Part shown: positions 35,706 to 45,545 of the stretch, piece by piece
Numbering within the stretch: the stretch's first letter is position 1
How the letters are laid out: every line of letters starts with the position of its first letter
Virus record (IMG/VR): IMGVR_UViG_3300031953_000001
DNA: 64,000 bases
Source of the DNA: a virus
Lineage: Duplodnaviria; Caudoviricetes
Reading direction: 5' to 3' (one strand)
Translations under genes and position numbers: made by a program
Notes under the pieces: model-generated
Seen by the model: the letters and a program-made list of their open reading frames with translations, nothing else
Told to the model about the DNA's origin: nothing
Databases searched by the model: none

Positions 35706-38372
35706 ATGGAGAACAAAGGTAAGCAACGACGAGTCGATTTTGACTCACGCGCCAAACTACAACACGCGGTGGTGACCAAACTGGTACCGGATCATCAGCG
35801 GGCGAGAGCCTACGATAATACCGGTAACCGCAAAGCCACTACCCCCCCAACGTCTGTGCTGAACGCCGTCTCAGATAAGACCGCCAGCGTCACCCGCGAC
35901 ATAGAGTCGATGGAGCAACTGCTGCCGGACATTGAGTTGGCTGCGCAGATCATGGTCAGCAGTATATTGTCGCCTAAGGACATGGGGGCAGCGGATCTGA
36001 ATTTCACCTACAACGCCTCTTTCTCCAATGTAGAATTGGGGGGTAAACTGCTGAAAATTGTGGCAGATTACTTCACTAATGACTATAGGATTAACGAGGA
36101 GCTGTCGGAAATCTTACACGACATGCTGTTTCGTAAAGGCGCTTACGCCCGCATGATCATTCCTGAGTCCAGTCTCGATCAGATCATCAACGATCGAGGT
36201 CGGGTGTCTATGGAATCCATTCGGCCCTTGGTGAATCATCAGAACATGACGGTCTCACCCATGGGCATCTTGGGCGACGTGATCAAAGACGAAAAGACCA
36301 AGAACAACCGATCCAAGCCTGAAACGACTATGTCTTTGGAGAGTTTGTTCAGCCCGTCCCCGACACCTGGGCGCACGGCCTCCTACAGTGGGATTGGCAC
36401 GTACGTCACCGTCACCGACAACCCCGACGCTGTTAAGATGCCGAAGTTGTTCCGTCGGCTGAACACCGATCGCACGTCTACCGCCATGGCGTCTCGGTTT
36501 GCCACTTTGGAAGCCCGTAAAGACAAAGAGCGGGCTAAGAAGAAACTGAAGGATAAAGAACAACCCAAGATCGACTACGGCAGCAGCGATCGCGACATCG
36601 AGCGCAGCATCGATAAGAACCGCAAGCATGGGATTGAATCGGTGGTGGAGGTCAAGACCAAACACGCCGCCGACCGTGAAATGTTTGGCCATCCGATGGT
36701 GACGCAGTTGTCGGTGGAGGCGGTTATCCCAGCCCACGTGCCGTCCAACCCAAAAGAACACATCGGGTACTTTGTGTTGTTGGATCAGTTTGGCAACCCG
36801 ATCAGTGCCGCTACGGCCACGGATCACTTCCGCGATCTGCAGAACTCGTTTCAAAGCAGCGGTGCGGAGAATCAAGTCTCTACCGTGTTGAAGGAGTTGC
36901 GCGGTGCCGGTAACATGGGTGAGGCCGATGGTGATCGGGTACAATCGGTGCACGAGGCCACATCAGCGTACGCCGATGTGATTGAGCGTAACTTACTGGA
37001 ACGGATGCGCAAAGGCATGGGTCACGAGTCGATCGAGTTGGCCAGACCCAACGACGTCTATCAGATCATGCTGGGCCGCACCTTAAAGAAGAAGCACACC
37101 CAGCTACTCTACGTGCCGGCAGAACTGATGTCGTACATGGCCTTTTACTACAACAACCAAGGCATCGGTAAGTCGCTGTTGGAAGAGAGTCGGATCTTAG
37201 GCAGCATTCGAGTGATGTTGATGTTCGCCAACACCATGGCGTCCATTCGTAACTCCACGTCTCGGACGGAACTGGGCATTCAGCTAGACCCCAACGACAC
37301 CGATCCGATGAGCACCATCGACCAGGTACGAGATGCGTTCATGCGCTCGCGTTCTGAGTTGTACCCTTTGGGGGAAGGCGATCCGGCGGCGGTAGTGAAG
37401 TACTTGCAACAAGCCGGGGTGGATGTGGTCTACTCTGGGCACCCAGGGTTGCCGGAGATGCGGGTGGAAACCAACGACCGCGCCCCGGGTAAGGTGTTGA
37501 TGGATCGGGATCTGGAAGAAACCCTGAGGCACCAACACATCATGTCTTTGGGGATGTCGCCTGAGACGGTCGACGCCAGTTCCGGTATCGACTTTGCCAC
37601 CACTCTGGTCAACTCCAGTCTCCTGCTGTCCAAACGTGTGGCTCTGTACCAACGCAAGTTTGAGGAGCAAGAGAACGAGTTCATTCGAAAGTACACCTCC
37701 AACTCAGAGACCCTCTTGACCAAAATGATCAAAGTGGTGGAAGACCACGGTCAGGCTCAGGATAAAGAGAGCCCTATGGAAGCCGTGGAGGCGTTCATCG
37801 CGTGTGTGGAAGTGGAGTTGCCCAAACCGGACTCCGCTACGCTAGAGACGCAGATGGAGTCTTTCCGCATGTACAGCGACAGTCTTGAGATGGCGTTGGA
37901 TGCGTGGATCAGCGATGAGTTTGCCTTACTCGACGCGGAAGGCGATGTGGCTGGCAACTTGCGTGAGATGCGCTCAGCGGTCAAAGCGCACTTTCTCCGT
38001 CGATGGTTGCGCGAGAACAACGTGTTCCCTGAGCTTGAAGAGATCACGGAAGTCAATGAGAAAGGCGACTCGGCGTTCAACTTCGCGGAGATTCAGGGCA
38101 AGCACATGGATGCGGTCTTGGGCTTCGTGGCCGATTACCTTAAGAAGGCTCGAGAGTCTTCGGCTAAACGGGATAAGAAGTTGGCGGAACAAGCCGATAA
38201 ATTGGGCGAAGAGACGGACGGCGTGGCTGAGTTTGGTGAAGACAACGCGTCCTCCACCGATACCGGCTTTGACGAGCCTACCGACGTAGTAGACGACCCA
38301 CCGCTTGAGGACGAAACGCCCCCAACCGATGAGGGCGATGCGTTTGGTGAGGACGACTTTGAATTGCCCTAG
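35706..38372 (+). CDS. portal protein (phiKZ gp129 type)
   Basis: About 890 aa; QLLPDIELA.QI.VSSILSPKDM, IIPESS.D, GYFVLLD..GNP and G.G.SLLE motifs; internal SLE sites; acidic tail; synteny. Confidence 0.75.
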   Translation: MENKGKQRRVDFDSRAKLQHAVVTKLVPDHQRARAYDNTGNRKATTPPTSVLNAVSDKTASVTRDIESMEQLLPDIELAAQIMVSSILSPKDMGAADLNFTYNASFSNVELGGKLLKIVADYFTNDYRINEELSEILHDMLFRKGAYARMIIPESSLDQIINDRGRVSMESIRPLVNHQNMTVSPMGILGDVIKDEKTKNNRSKPETTMSLESLFSPSPTPGRTASYSGIGTYVTVTDNPDAVKMPKLFRRLNTDRTSTAMASRFATLEARKDKERAKKKLKDKEQPKIDYGSSDRDIERSIDKNRKHGIESVVEVKTKHAADREMFGHPMVTQLSVEAVIPAHVPSNPKEHIGYFVLLDQFGNPISAATATDHFRDLQNSFQSSGAENQVSTVLKELRGAGNMGEADGDRVQSVHEATSAYADVIERNLLERMRKGMGHESIELARPNDVYQIMLGRTLKKKHTQLLYVPAELMSYMAFYYNNQGIGKSLLEESRILGSIRVMLMFANTMASIRNSTSRTELGIQLDPNDTDPMSTIDQVRDAFMRSRSELYPLGEGDPAAVVKYLQQAGVDVVYSGHPGLPEMRVETNDRAPGKVLMDRDLEETLRHQHIMSLGMSPETVDASSGIDFATTLVNSSLLLSKRVALYQRKFEEQENEFIRKYTSNSETLLTKMIKVVEDHGQAQDKESPMEAVEAFIACVEVELPKPDSATLETQMESFRMYSDSLEMALDAWISDEFALLDAEGDVAGNLREMRSAVKAHFLRRWLRENNVFPELEEITEVNEKGDSAFNFAEIQGKHMDAVLGFVADYLKKARESSAKRDKKLAEQADKLGEETDGVAEFGEDNASSTDTGFDEPTDVVDDPPLEDETPPTDEGDAFGEDDFELP

Positions 38373-38398
38373 AATGTAAACTGGAAAGGCGGGGTCGA

Positions 38399-38406
38399 AT
38401 GGTATG
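38399..38406 (+). promoter_or_regulatory. putative late promoter ATGGTATG
   Basis: Intergenic, upstream of a virion gene. Confidence 0.6.
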
Positions 38407-38448
38407 ATCCTGCCTTTCATTCTTTTATTCAGTAAGGAACGCACACTT

Positions 38449-39300
38449 ATGTCTATCGTGACACGCACTGTGTATGGCGCTGGTATGCAGTCGGCCATAT
38501 ACATGGGCAAGCCCCATCGAGTTCAGGAAAACAGCACCCTGAATGAAAAGTTCGGCATTCAAGCCAACGTATTGCCCAGCGCCGCCGAGCGTCACGCGGT
38601 ACGGTATTACTGCATTGGCAGTGGTGGGCACCGCGCAGTTGCGGGTGCCGATGGCATCCCTTACATCACCCCCAACCGACACGAAGCCACAGACGCGGCT
38701 TGCTTTCGTCATCTGCCGTTTGTGTTGCGGGAAGTCACCGACGATCTGAGCGTTGAGCAGCGGGCCAAATACGCTTTACGTCGCCGAGAGACTCACGACG
38801 GTCGTGAGTTTGTTGCTTACTACGCCAAGCGGTTGGATCTGAACACCGCCGAGGTGAATCTACAACGCACTCGGGTCGATGGCAACAACCAGACGTCTGA
38901 GCCGTTCATCCCGACCACCGCCAACCTTAATCCCCAACCGCTGGTCAGTGGCGACGACGACAACGTCATTGAAGCTTCTGGCGAGTACGTCTCTGGCAGC
39001 ATCGTGGTGACCATTGGGTTCAATGAAGCCGATGCGCAAGAGTTGCGCAACGTAGCTCAGGTCATCTACGGCGATGAGAAGTACGCGGTGATTTCTGAGT
39101 TGGCGCTCTTAGGTGGCATTGACCGTGTGGTCACAGGACCTGGAGTGGGCAACAACGAGATCAACTACGAAGAAGTCATTGCGTCTCAGGTGACCACCTT
39201 CATCTCGGCGTATTACCAACTGAACGTCCAGAACAACGGCTTCTCCTTCACTGCGGATTTGGGCATCACCGAGCCCTTGTACGCCGCTGCGGTGTCTTAA
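38449..39300 (+). CDS. virion structural protein (phiKZ gp139 type)
   Basis: AAGGA SD; STLNEKFGI, Y.CIG.GGH, H.ATDAA.F..LPFVLRE...DL and YA.ISE.AL motifs. Confidence 0.7.
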   Translation: MSIVTRTVYGAGMQSAIYMGKPHRVQENSTLNEKFGIQANVLPSAAERHAVRYYCIGSGGHRAVAGADGIPYITPNRHEATDAACFRHLPFVLREVTDDLSVEQRAKYALRRRETHDGREFVAYYAKRLDLNTAEVNLQRTRVDGNNQTSEPFIPTTANLNPQPLVSGDDDNVIEASGEYVSGSIVVTIGFNEADAQELRNVAQVIYGDEKYAVISELALLGGIDRVVTGPGVGNNEINYEEVIASQVTTFISAYYQLNVQNNGFSFTADLGITEPLYAAAVS

Positions 39301-39302
39301 CC

Positions 39303-39902
39303 GTGTTGCTCGTACCGGACGGCGACGAGCGTTTACGCATAGTGGCTATCGATCCAGGGACGGACACGATGGGCACCGCGGTGGTGGAGCTGCACACGCG
39401 TACCTTAGTCGTTCGCGTGTTGGACGCTCAAACGTTTGTGGCTAGACGGTCCATGCGATACTTCGGGGGGTATCAGATGATTGAGGAAATGCACGGCGAC
39501 CGCCATGCACGGCTGATGACGCACGCGGATGCGATCAGCCGACACCTCCAACACTGGTACCCGCACTCGGTCGCCTGTGAGTCGCCGTTCATGGGCAATC
39601 GCCCTCAAGCGTTTGAAGCCCTCACCGAATGCGTAAACGTCATACGTCTGGCCGTGTTCAACCACGACCCGACTCTGGCCTTCGTTTCAATCACACCGCC
39701 TCAAGCTAAGAAGACGGTAGGCGCTTCATTTAAGGGAGCTGATAAAAACGACGTTAGAGTAGGCGTCGCAGCGTTGATTCAGCAAGGCGCCATCAGTTAC
39801 GAAGCCAATGTTCCGTTCGATCGCATCGATGAGCACAGCGTGGACGCTTTGGCTGTTGGACTGTGTCACTGTCAACAATGGGTAGAACATCTCACTCACT
39901 GA
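39303..39902 (+). CDS. RuvC-like Holliday junction resolvase
   Basis: IVAIDPGTDTMG, ACESPF and EHSVDALAVG acidic catalytic motifs. Confidence 0.85.
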   Translation: MLLVPDGDERLRIVAIDPGTDTMGTAVVELHTRTLVVRVLDAQTFVARRSMRYFGGYQMIEEMHGDRHARLMTHADAISRHLQHWYPHSVACESPFMGNRPQAFEALTECVNVIRLAVFNHDPTLAFVSITPPQAKKTVGASFKGADKNDVRVGVAALIQQGAISYEANVPFDRIDEHSVDALAVGLCHCQQWVEHLTH

Positions 39903-39919
39903 CGCACAAGGAGGGCCCG

Positions 39920-40561
39920 ATGGCCTTATCCATTGGATCGATTGTATCGAAGCTGGTACCCACCACTTTAAAGAGTAGAATCTTCGTGGTGGGGGGCGTG
40001 GTCCTATTGGTGTTCATCATCTGGGCTGGTATGAAGTGGGATGCTCTGAAGATCTTGGGGTTGGAGAAAGACAACCAGCGCCTTGAGATTGAACGAGACA
40101 CCGCGCAGGAGTCGGCCGAACAAGCCGATGCCCTGCGCACCATTGAGGAAGACGTCGTGCGCAGTACCTTGGATCGGATTGACGCGATCGATCGAGACAC
40201 CGAGGTAGCACGAGAACGGGGACGCAACGATGTGCGCAAGATACAACGAGAATTGGAAACCCTTGAAGATGAGCGTCAAGCACGATTGGCGGAGTTGTCT
40301 GAGGTGGAACACCGGCAACAAGAAGCCATGGCGGCTTTGGCAAAAAGCACCCACCCTGAAGAAGTCCAAAGAGCCGTCTCTAAGGCACCTCAGCCGGCTT
40401 TACTTCCAGTGGCCGACCCTTTACCGACTGTTGCTCCTCGCATCGCTGAGCGCATCGTTGGTGGGTTGTGGGACGACTACTGTGGTGAAGTTTCGAACGA
40501 TCGCCGTTGTACCGCCCGACACCTTACTGAGAAAGACGCCGCTGGCTCCACCGCCCAATGA
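39920..40561 (+). CDS. putative inner-membrane spanin (Rz-like)
   Basis: AGGAGG SD; single N-terminal TM helix, long coiled coil, C-terminal Cys residues. Confidence 0.6.
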   Translation: MALSIGSIVSKLVPTTLKSRIFVVGGVVLLVFIIWAGMKWDALKILGLEKDNQRLEIERDTAQESAEQADALRTIEEDVVRSTLDRIDAIDRDTEVARERGRNDVRKIQRELETLEDERQARLAELSEVEHRQQEAMAALAKSTHPEEVQRAVSKAPQPALLPVADPLPTVAPRIAERIVGGLWDDYCGEVSNDRRCTARHLTEKDAAGSTAQ

Positions 40562-40757
40562 GGTTGAGTTTGTGGCCGCCGATGGGATTGAGCGTTTGTT
40601 GTTGCTGGCGGACGCATGGCGGGAACAGACTGCGGTGGTGCGCACCGAGCACACTCAAACCGATGGACTGTTGGAATGGAAAGCCCGGGTATTAAAGTAC
40701 TATCAGAATCTAGAGGACACCGAGATCCGTGAAGACGTTCCCTTTGCACCGAGGTAG
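40356..40757 (+). CDS. putative outer-membrane lipoprotein spanin (Rz1-like), overlapping in another frame; start uncertain
   Basis: Lipobox LLLLASLSASLVG-C (Cys codon 40467-40469), then a Pro-rich segment and a helix. Confidence 0.6.
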   Translation: MKKSKEPSLRHLSRLYFQWPTLYRLLLLASLSASLVGCGTTTVVKFRTIAVVPPDTLLRKTPLAPPPNEVEFVAADGIERLLLLADAWREQTAVVRTEHTQTDGLLEWKARVLKYYQNLEDTEIREDVPFAPR

Positions 40758-40794
40758 GCGTATGCCTACCTCTTATTCCGCGCGATGAAGAAGA

Positions 40795-40860
40795 TTTGAA
40801 TCATATATCATCCACGTGTCTTACCCTTGTGTAAACCAACACGACCTCGATGATGGTATG
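40795..40860 (+). promoter_or_regulatory. tandem early-type (TATATCAT 40804-40811) and late-type (ATGGTATG 40853-40860) promoter motifs
   Basis: Both motifs lie in one intergenic gap after a hairpin at 40751-40771. Confidence 0.55.
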
Positions 40861-40904
40861 CATTAACACCCACCATACACAACTCCCCATTGGAGACCCT
40901 AGGA

Positions 40905-41606
40905 ATGTGCCCTATTTATCACGAGGACTTTACGCCTGCCACATCACAGCGTCCGAAGGTGCGTGAGAAACGTTTCCTCAACCGGATCGTGAAAGGTCAA
41001 GTCCTGTCTATGAACCACGCTTTGTTTCTGCCTCACACCTTGGAACAGATTCGGTCAATCGTACACGACAAAACTCAACGTCCGTACTTAGAAATGGATC
41101 TTAAGCTACTCACTGGAAATCTGGATAGCAATATACCACACCACATCGATCGACTGTTGGAGCTGTATAGCTACACTCCTTTCTCTATGATTGATCAAAT
41201 CAACGAAGTTGAGCTACACCAAGGCATTGCTCGGCTGGGGTGTGGGTTCTCATCGACCATGGCATCGCAAGCACTCTGGGGTATGGAGATCGCGCTATCC
41301 GATGACGATCTGCCGTTTGATCAATTGTCTTGGGGCTTGAACTATCTCCAGAAGCAGGATTACCTTCCCACTGTAGACTCAAGTACACTGGTAGGGTCTG
41401 ACAACGGTGAGCGTGCCTTAGTGGTTCAGTTAATTGTTGCTCTGGCAGACCGGCTATTGATCAATCAAAACGGCAGTCACCACCAAGCGCGTCTACATCA
41501 ACTCACACGTTGGCCAGGGATTGAGCACACAGTTCTTGAACAAGACGCTTTTGGACCGCTTCTTTGCGGTTTGATCACTAACAAAGGAATCATCCGTTAT
41601 GGGTAA
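40905..41606 (+). CDS. hypothetical protein
   Basis: GGAG SD, ATG at 40905. Confidence 0.7.
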   Translation: MCPIYHEDFTPATSQRPKVREKRFLNRIVKGQVLSMNHALFLPHTLEQIRSIVHDKTQRPYLEMDLKLLTGNLDSNIPHHIDRLLELYSYTPFSMIDQINEVELHQGIARLGCGFSSTMASQALWGMEIALSDDDLPFDQLSWGLNYLQKQDYLPTVDSSTLVGSDNGERALVVQLIVALADRLLINQNGSHHQARLHQLTRWPGIEHTVLEQDAFGPLLCGLITNKGIIRYG

Positions 41607-41964
41607 GAAAACAATCGCAAGCGCTGGGTGGTCCGTACACGGCGATGGAATGAAGCATCTGATCGCCAACCCGACGGCCGATGACATCGCTACATTGAGA
41701 GACACCCCACCGTCGGAGGTTCGCCTATACATAATCGATGCCGTTGTCGATGGGGCGTATTGCTCTGACGTCATTGCGGTGGGTACTATGATCATCCCCG
41801 ACTTAGCTTCGTTTGACGGTCAGGAGCCGTTACACCCGGTTCTACGCTTGACCCTCAGTCCGTACTACCCCACGTTCATTAGCTACATAGTGGACTACTA
41901 CGTCCGAGCTTATAAGGTCAAAGCCTATCTAGTCAACCTACAGCAAGTGCGTGCTTTGAATTAA
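41599..41964 (+). CDS. hypothetical protein
   Basis: Overlapping start; AAGGA SD. Confidence 0.65.
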   Translation: MGKKTIASAGWSVHGDGMKHLIANPTADDIATLRDTPPSEVRLYIIDAVVDGAYCSDVIAVGTMIIPDLASFDGQEPLHPVLRLTLSPYYPTFISYIVDYYVRAYKVKAYLVNLQQVRALN

Positions 41965-42075
41965 ACCTAAAGGGGAGGCCACGGCCTTCCTTTATGCCGT
42001 TTGTGTTATTTAGGAAGGTTCTGACTCATCGAATAGGAGTCAGTGTCTGTGTTTGTTTTTACAGAGGAATACCGT

Positions 42076-42405
42076 ATGACTTTGTCCACTCACATGCAGT
42101 TTGGTCGCGAATCCGAGATTGCGGCCAACGACGTGGGACAACCTAAGTTCCGTCTGATCGACGCTCAGAACGCCGAGGAGCTTTACGTACTGCTAGGGTC
42201 TTTGCACATACCGATCGAATCGGATGGATTAATCGCAGAGGCAGAACACTACGTTAATCGCTCGGAACTAAGACCCGTACTGCTGCGGACTTTGGCGCGA
42301 ATCAGTGACCGGACAATACCGGAACACGCTGAATTCGAGTACGTCCGCCGCCACTTAGAATACACGCACACGACCCCCACTACACGAAGGATCGCCCAAC
42401 AATGA
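42076..42405 (+). CDS. hypothetical protein
   Basis: GAGGA SD, ATG at 42076. Confidence 0.65.
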   Translation: MTLSTHMQFGRESEIAANDVGQPKFRLIDAQNAEELYVLLGSLHIPIESDGLIAEAEHYVNRSELRPVLLRTLARISDRTIPEHAEFEYVRRHLEYTHTTPTTRRIAQQ

Positions 42406-42800
42406 CCCACGAACTCATGTTGCACCAGATGACCGTGAAGAAACTCACCTTACGGTTGAATCTTACCCCACGTGACGTCGAGATGCTCTTGTTGCTACAC
42501 ACCAGCCGCTCACTCAGCACCCCCAGTATCTACCGCTTGACCGGCACCCGCAAAAGTGAGATCAACAAGATCGTCGGTCCTAAGTTGGAAGCCGCGGGTT
42601 GGGTGCGACGAGAATCGGTGGTTCACAGTCAGAAACCCGGACTGCCCACCAACCGCTGGTCGCTGATCACAGAGAGCATTCATCCCCTGGAACAACTGAT
42701 TCTTGATATACGTCGAGAAACGTTGATGAGCCTGGGACTGGTGTTCAGCGCCGATGAGGTATGGTCCACCCCTTCGCCTTGCTCAATGGAGGGTTTGTAA
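42402..42800 (+). CDS. MarR-like winged-helix protein
   Basis: LNLTPRDVEMLLLL...KLEAAGWVRRE wHTH pattern. Confidence 0.65.
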   Translation: MTHELMLHQMTVKKLTLRLNLTPRDVEMLLLLHTSRSLSTPSIYRLTGTRKSEINKIVGPKLEAAGWVRRESVVHSQKPGLPTNRWSLITESIHPLEQLILDIRRETLMSLGLVFSADEVWSTPSPCSMEGL

Positions 42801-42801
42801 T

Positions 42802-43200
42802 GTGGCCACACCTATAACCACGGTCGCTCGAGTCATTGAGCGTCTGAGTATCGAGTTGCAAGTCACTCCTCGACAAGTAGAGTTGCTGTTGACCATTTAT
42901 GAATTGAAGTCCATCGGCTTGACCGATTTAGCAGAGCTGTACGACATCCGCTCAAACACCGCTGAAACCCACGTTTTAAAGTTAGTGGAAAAAGGATGGG
43001 TTGAGCGCAAGAGCTATTCAGAGGACGACCGTTTCTCGGTCATCGCTGATCGTCGTAAGGATCTGACTCAACTGCTATCGTACCACGTTCGTACCTTAAG
43101 GTACTTAGGGGGACTCTTAACCCGCAAACACAGCAGCCGCGCCAAAACAAAAGAGGTAGAGGTTGGGGTGAGTCCACCCATACTGAGGCATCCGCTGTAG
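42802..43200 (+). CDS. MarR-like winged-helix protein (paralog of the upstream gene)
   Basis: GTG start with GGAGG SD; LQVTPRQVELLLTIY...KLVEKGWVERK..EDDR. Confidence 0.7.
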   Translation: MATPITTVARVIERLSIELQVTPRQVELLLTIYELKSIGLTDLAELYDIRSNTAETHVLKLVEKGWVERKSYSEDDRFSVIADRRKDLTQLLSYHVRTLRYLGGLLTRKHSSRAKTKEVEVGVSPPILRHPL

Positions 43201-43392
43201 TTTTTGATCTAGACGCTTGGTTTATAGAAGGCTCTGTCGTACGTTCAGAGCCCTATTCCGTGTACCCACCACGTATGCACGACCTGTTCCTTTAACGTTG
43301 TCTGTAGAGCGTCTTAGGCGAGCTGAGAGGGTGCGGGGCAAACCGCGCTTCCTGGTGGTTGATTTATAGCCAATAATGGCGTAGGAGATTGT

Positions 43393-43935
43393 ATGACCGA
43401 AGCAACTGACCCTGGTATCACCGACTCAGAGATCCGCGACATCGCGGTGTCGTCTGGGTTCACTGTTCGAGAACAACCCGATGGAGACACAGACTTAAAC
43501 CCATACGTGTACGAATTCGCCAGAACCTTAATCAAACGCGCCCGAGGCGTGTTACATCACCCCGTTCGAAACAGCAAATTCGTGTTGGTGGTGAAAGTAG
43601 ATAGACGCACCGGCGCTACAGTTGCATACGACGCCGCTGTCAGCGTCGTTGAGGCAGTAAATCGGTGGCAAGCTGAGATGGGGTTGGCCTCTGGTATGGA
43701 CTTGCTGGAGGAGATCACAGAAGCTCCAGTGATGTGGGGTAAAGTCCTGGCGAACAACCTAGACGATGCCCACAGCTATCTGATGGTTAGAGGTAACGAG
43801 CTATCGGACATGGGTGCCACCATCAATGCCTTGATCCATAAGCGCTGGCCCAGCGAGACATCAATAACCAACCCACTGACCCGCGACGACATAGCTCAAC
43901 TGGCAGATACGTTAGACGAACCTCTTCGTAGCTAA
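43393..43935 (+). CDS. hypothetical protein
   Basis: AGGAG SD; N-terminal GF..REQPDG..DLNPYVYEFAR motif seen in other phage proteins. Confidence 0.7.
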   Translation: MTEATDPGITDSEIRDIAVSSGFTVREQPDGDTDLNPYVYEFARTLIKRARGVLHHPVRNSKFVLVVKVDRRTGATVAYDAAVSVVEAVNRWQAEMGLASGMDLLEEITEAPVMWGKVLANNLDDAHSYLMVRGNELSDMGATINALIHKRWPSETSITNPLTRDDIAQLADTLDEPLRS

Positions 43936-43956
43936 GAAAGACTTTAGGAGGAAGGT

Positions 43957-44370
43957 ATGGACTTTTTTATAGCGTTAGGGGTGGTGTTAGGGACAGTGAT
44001 GATCATCCCTGTAGGCGGAGGGTTACGAAAGATCTATTGCATACGTCGCCAGCGAAAGTTGTTGGAGAAATACATTGGTGTCCGGTCTAACATGGGGGAG
44101 CTGGTCAGTCTGCTGTGCACCCTCGATGAGAATGAAACGCCCGCAGCCACCGAGCGGAGGCGTCAACTGGAAGCGCGCACCGGAGAGTTAACGCACACCC
44201 TGGTCTTCCCACAGGGGCGTAAAGACCCTGAGGTGATCCGCCAGCTAAGACACATGGGCTTTCCCTTGGAGTACAGCCCTAAACACGCGTACAAGTACGT
44301 GTTATCAACCACCGTCGTCATGGTGGACATGAACGTCCCCGTCCCAACCACAGAAGCGTATCGGATTTAA
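43957..44370 (+). CDS. membrane-anchored hypothetical protein
   Basis: AGGAGG SD; N-terminal TM helix. Confidence 0.7.
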   Translation: MDFFIALGVVLGTVMIIPVGGGLRKIYCIRRQRKLLEKYIGVRSNMGELVSLLCTLDENETPAATERRRQLEARTGELTHTLVFPQGRKDPEVIRQLRHMGFPLEYSPKHAYKYVLSTTVVMVDMNVPVPTTEAYRI

Positions 44371-44516
44371 AAGAAACCCGAGTTAATTCAGCCCCTTAAG
44401 GAGATCCTTGTGTTCAACAATTAACACCATCACCACGGTTTAATTACCGTAATACTAAGCTATCGATTGAAATACCGCGAACGCGGTTAAATCGACAGTC
44501 GGTCAGGAGAGATCCC

Positions 44517-44981
44517 ATGGACAAAACCGTACATACCGTTTTTGATTTGCGCAGCGTATTGACCCGATCCCCCGGCAGTTATCAGGTACTTCTACGCACC
44601 CCCGACCGAGGCCTGCAAATGGTCCACATGGTCGAAGTTAATCGCGGAGGCTACCCCTCCATCGTACTGGAAGCAGTGGGTACCCCTGACAATCTGGTGC
44701 CCTTGTCGACTCTCATCAAACACGACCGGTTTTACTTTCAAGAACACGACGACGAGGAGTTCGAGGTCATCGCGGTTGATTGTGAGCCGAGTCACGAGTT
44801 GGTTATGGAGATTCGAAGTCTCAAAGCCGGCTGGCGAGGACGCATCGGCTTAATGACCGGAGCCGCCGATTGGGCCCGAGGTCAGTATTACAACACCTTG
44901 GTCACCCCTAATCGACGTGGGGAAGATCGAGGGATACCGCCTGCCACAGGTCCCATCCCAGAACGCAGACGAGATCGGTAA
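44517..44981 (+). CDS. hypothetical protein
   Basis: AGGAG SD. Confidence 0.7.
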   Translation: MDKTVHTVFDLRSVLTRSPGSYQVLLRTPDRGLQMVHMVEVNRGGYPSIVLEAVGTPDNLVPLSTLIKHDRFYFQEHDDEEFEVIAVDCEPSHELVMEIRSLKAGWRGRIGLMTGAADWARGQYYNTLVTPNRRGEDRGIPPATGPIPERRRDR

Positions 44982-45046
44982 CATAACGGGGGGCCATGCG
45001 CCCCCTAAGTACGTTGTTCGTTTAACCAACAATAAAGGACGTAGAA

Positions 45047-45493
45047 ATGCCTGAAGAAGCTACACACAGTCCCCACATACGCGCCAGTGCTCCGGAGAGC
45101 TCTGTTCGCAAGCCAATACTGGCCGTAGACTTCGATGGAACGCTGCACGCCTACACCAGTGGTTGGAAAGGCGCCGATATAGTGTCTGACCCCCCCATCA
45201 GCGGTGCCATGCGATTTCTGACCGACGCGTCAGAGAAGTTTGAAGTACACATCTATTCTTCCCGTTCCAACCAACCCGGCGGCATAATGGCGATGTACGA
45301 TTGGTTAAGTGAGGAACTGGCGCGGTATTGGATCGATCAACCCGACTTCGGGGCTAAGGTACTCAGCCGCATCAAGTTTCCTAAAGACAAACCTCAAGCT
45401 GAAGTCATACTCGATGACCGAGCGGTGACCTTTAATGGCATTTACCCAGACATAGATGCGCTGTTGGCGTTTAAACCCTGGAATAAGAAGTAA
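45047..45493 (+). CDS. HAD-superfamily phosphatase (phage polynucleotide/nucleotide phosphatase-like)
   Basis: LAVDFDGTL motif I, YSSR motif II, KP.A.V.LDDRA motifs III/IV. Confidence 0.85.
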   Translation: MPEEATHSPHIRASAPESSVRKPILAVDFDGTLHAYTSGWKGADIVSDPPISGAMRFLTDASEKFEVHIYSSRSNQPGGIMAMYDWLSEELARYWIDQPDFGAKVLSRIKFPKDKPQAEVILDDRAVTFNGIYPDIDALLAFKPWNKK

Positions 45494-45545
45494 CGTCACG
45501 ATACTAGGAAGGCAATGCCTTCCCTTATGCCCAAAGGTCAGAGTT

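Noticed and set aside
36255-38510. Several antisense and alternate-frame ORFs inside the portal gene
   Set aside because: Shadow ORFs fully embedded in a conserved core gene, with no independent signals.
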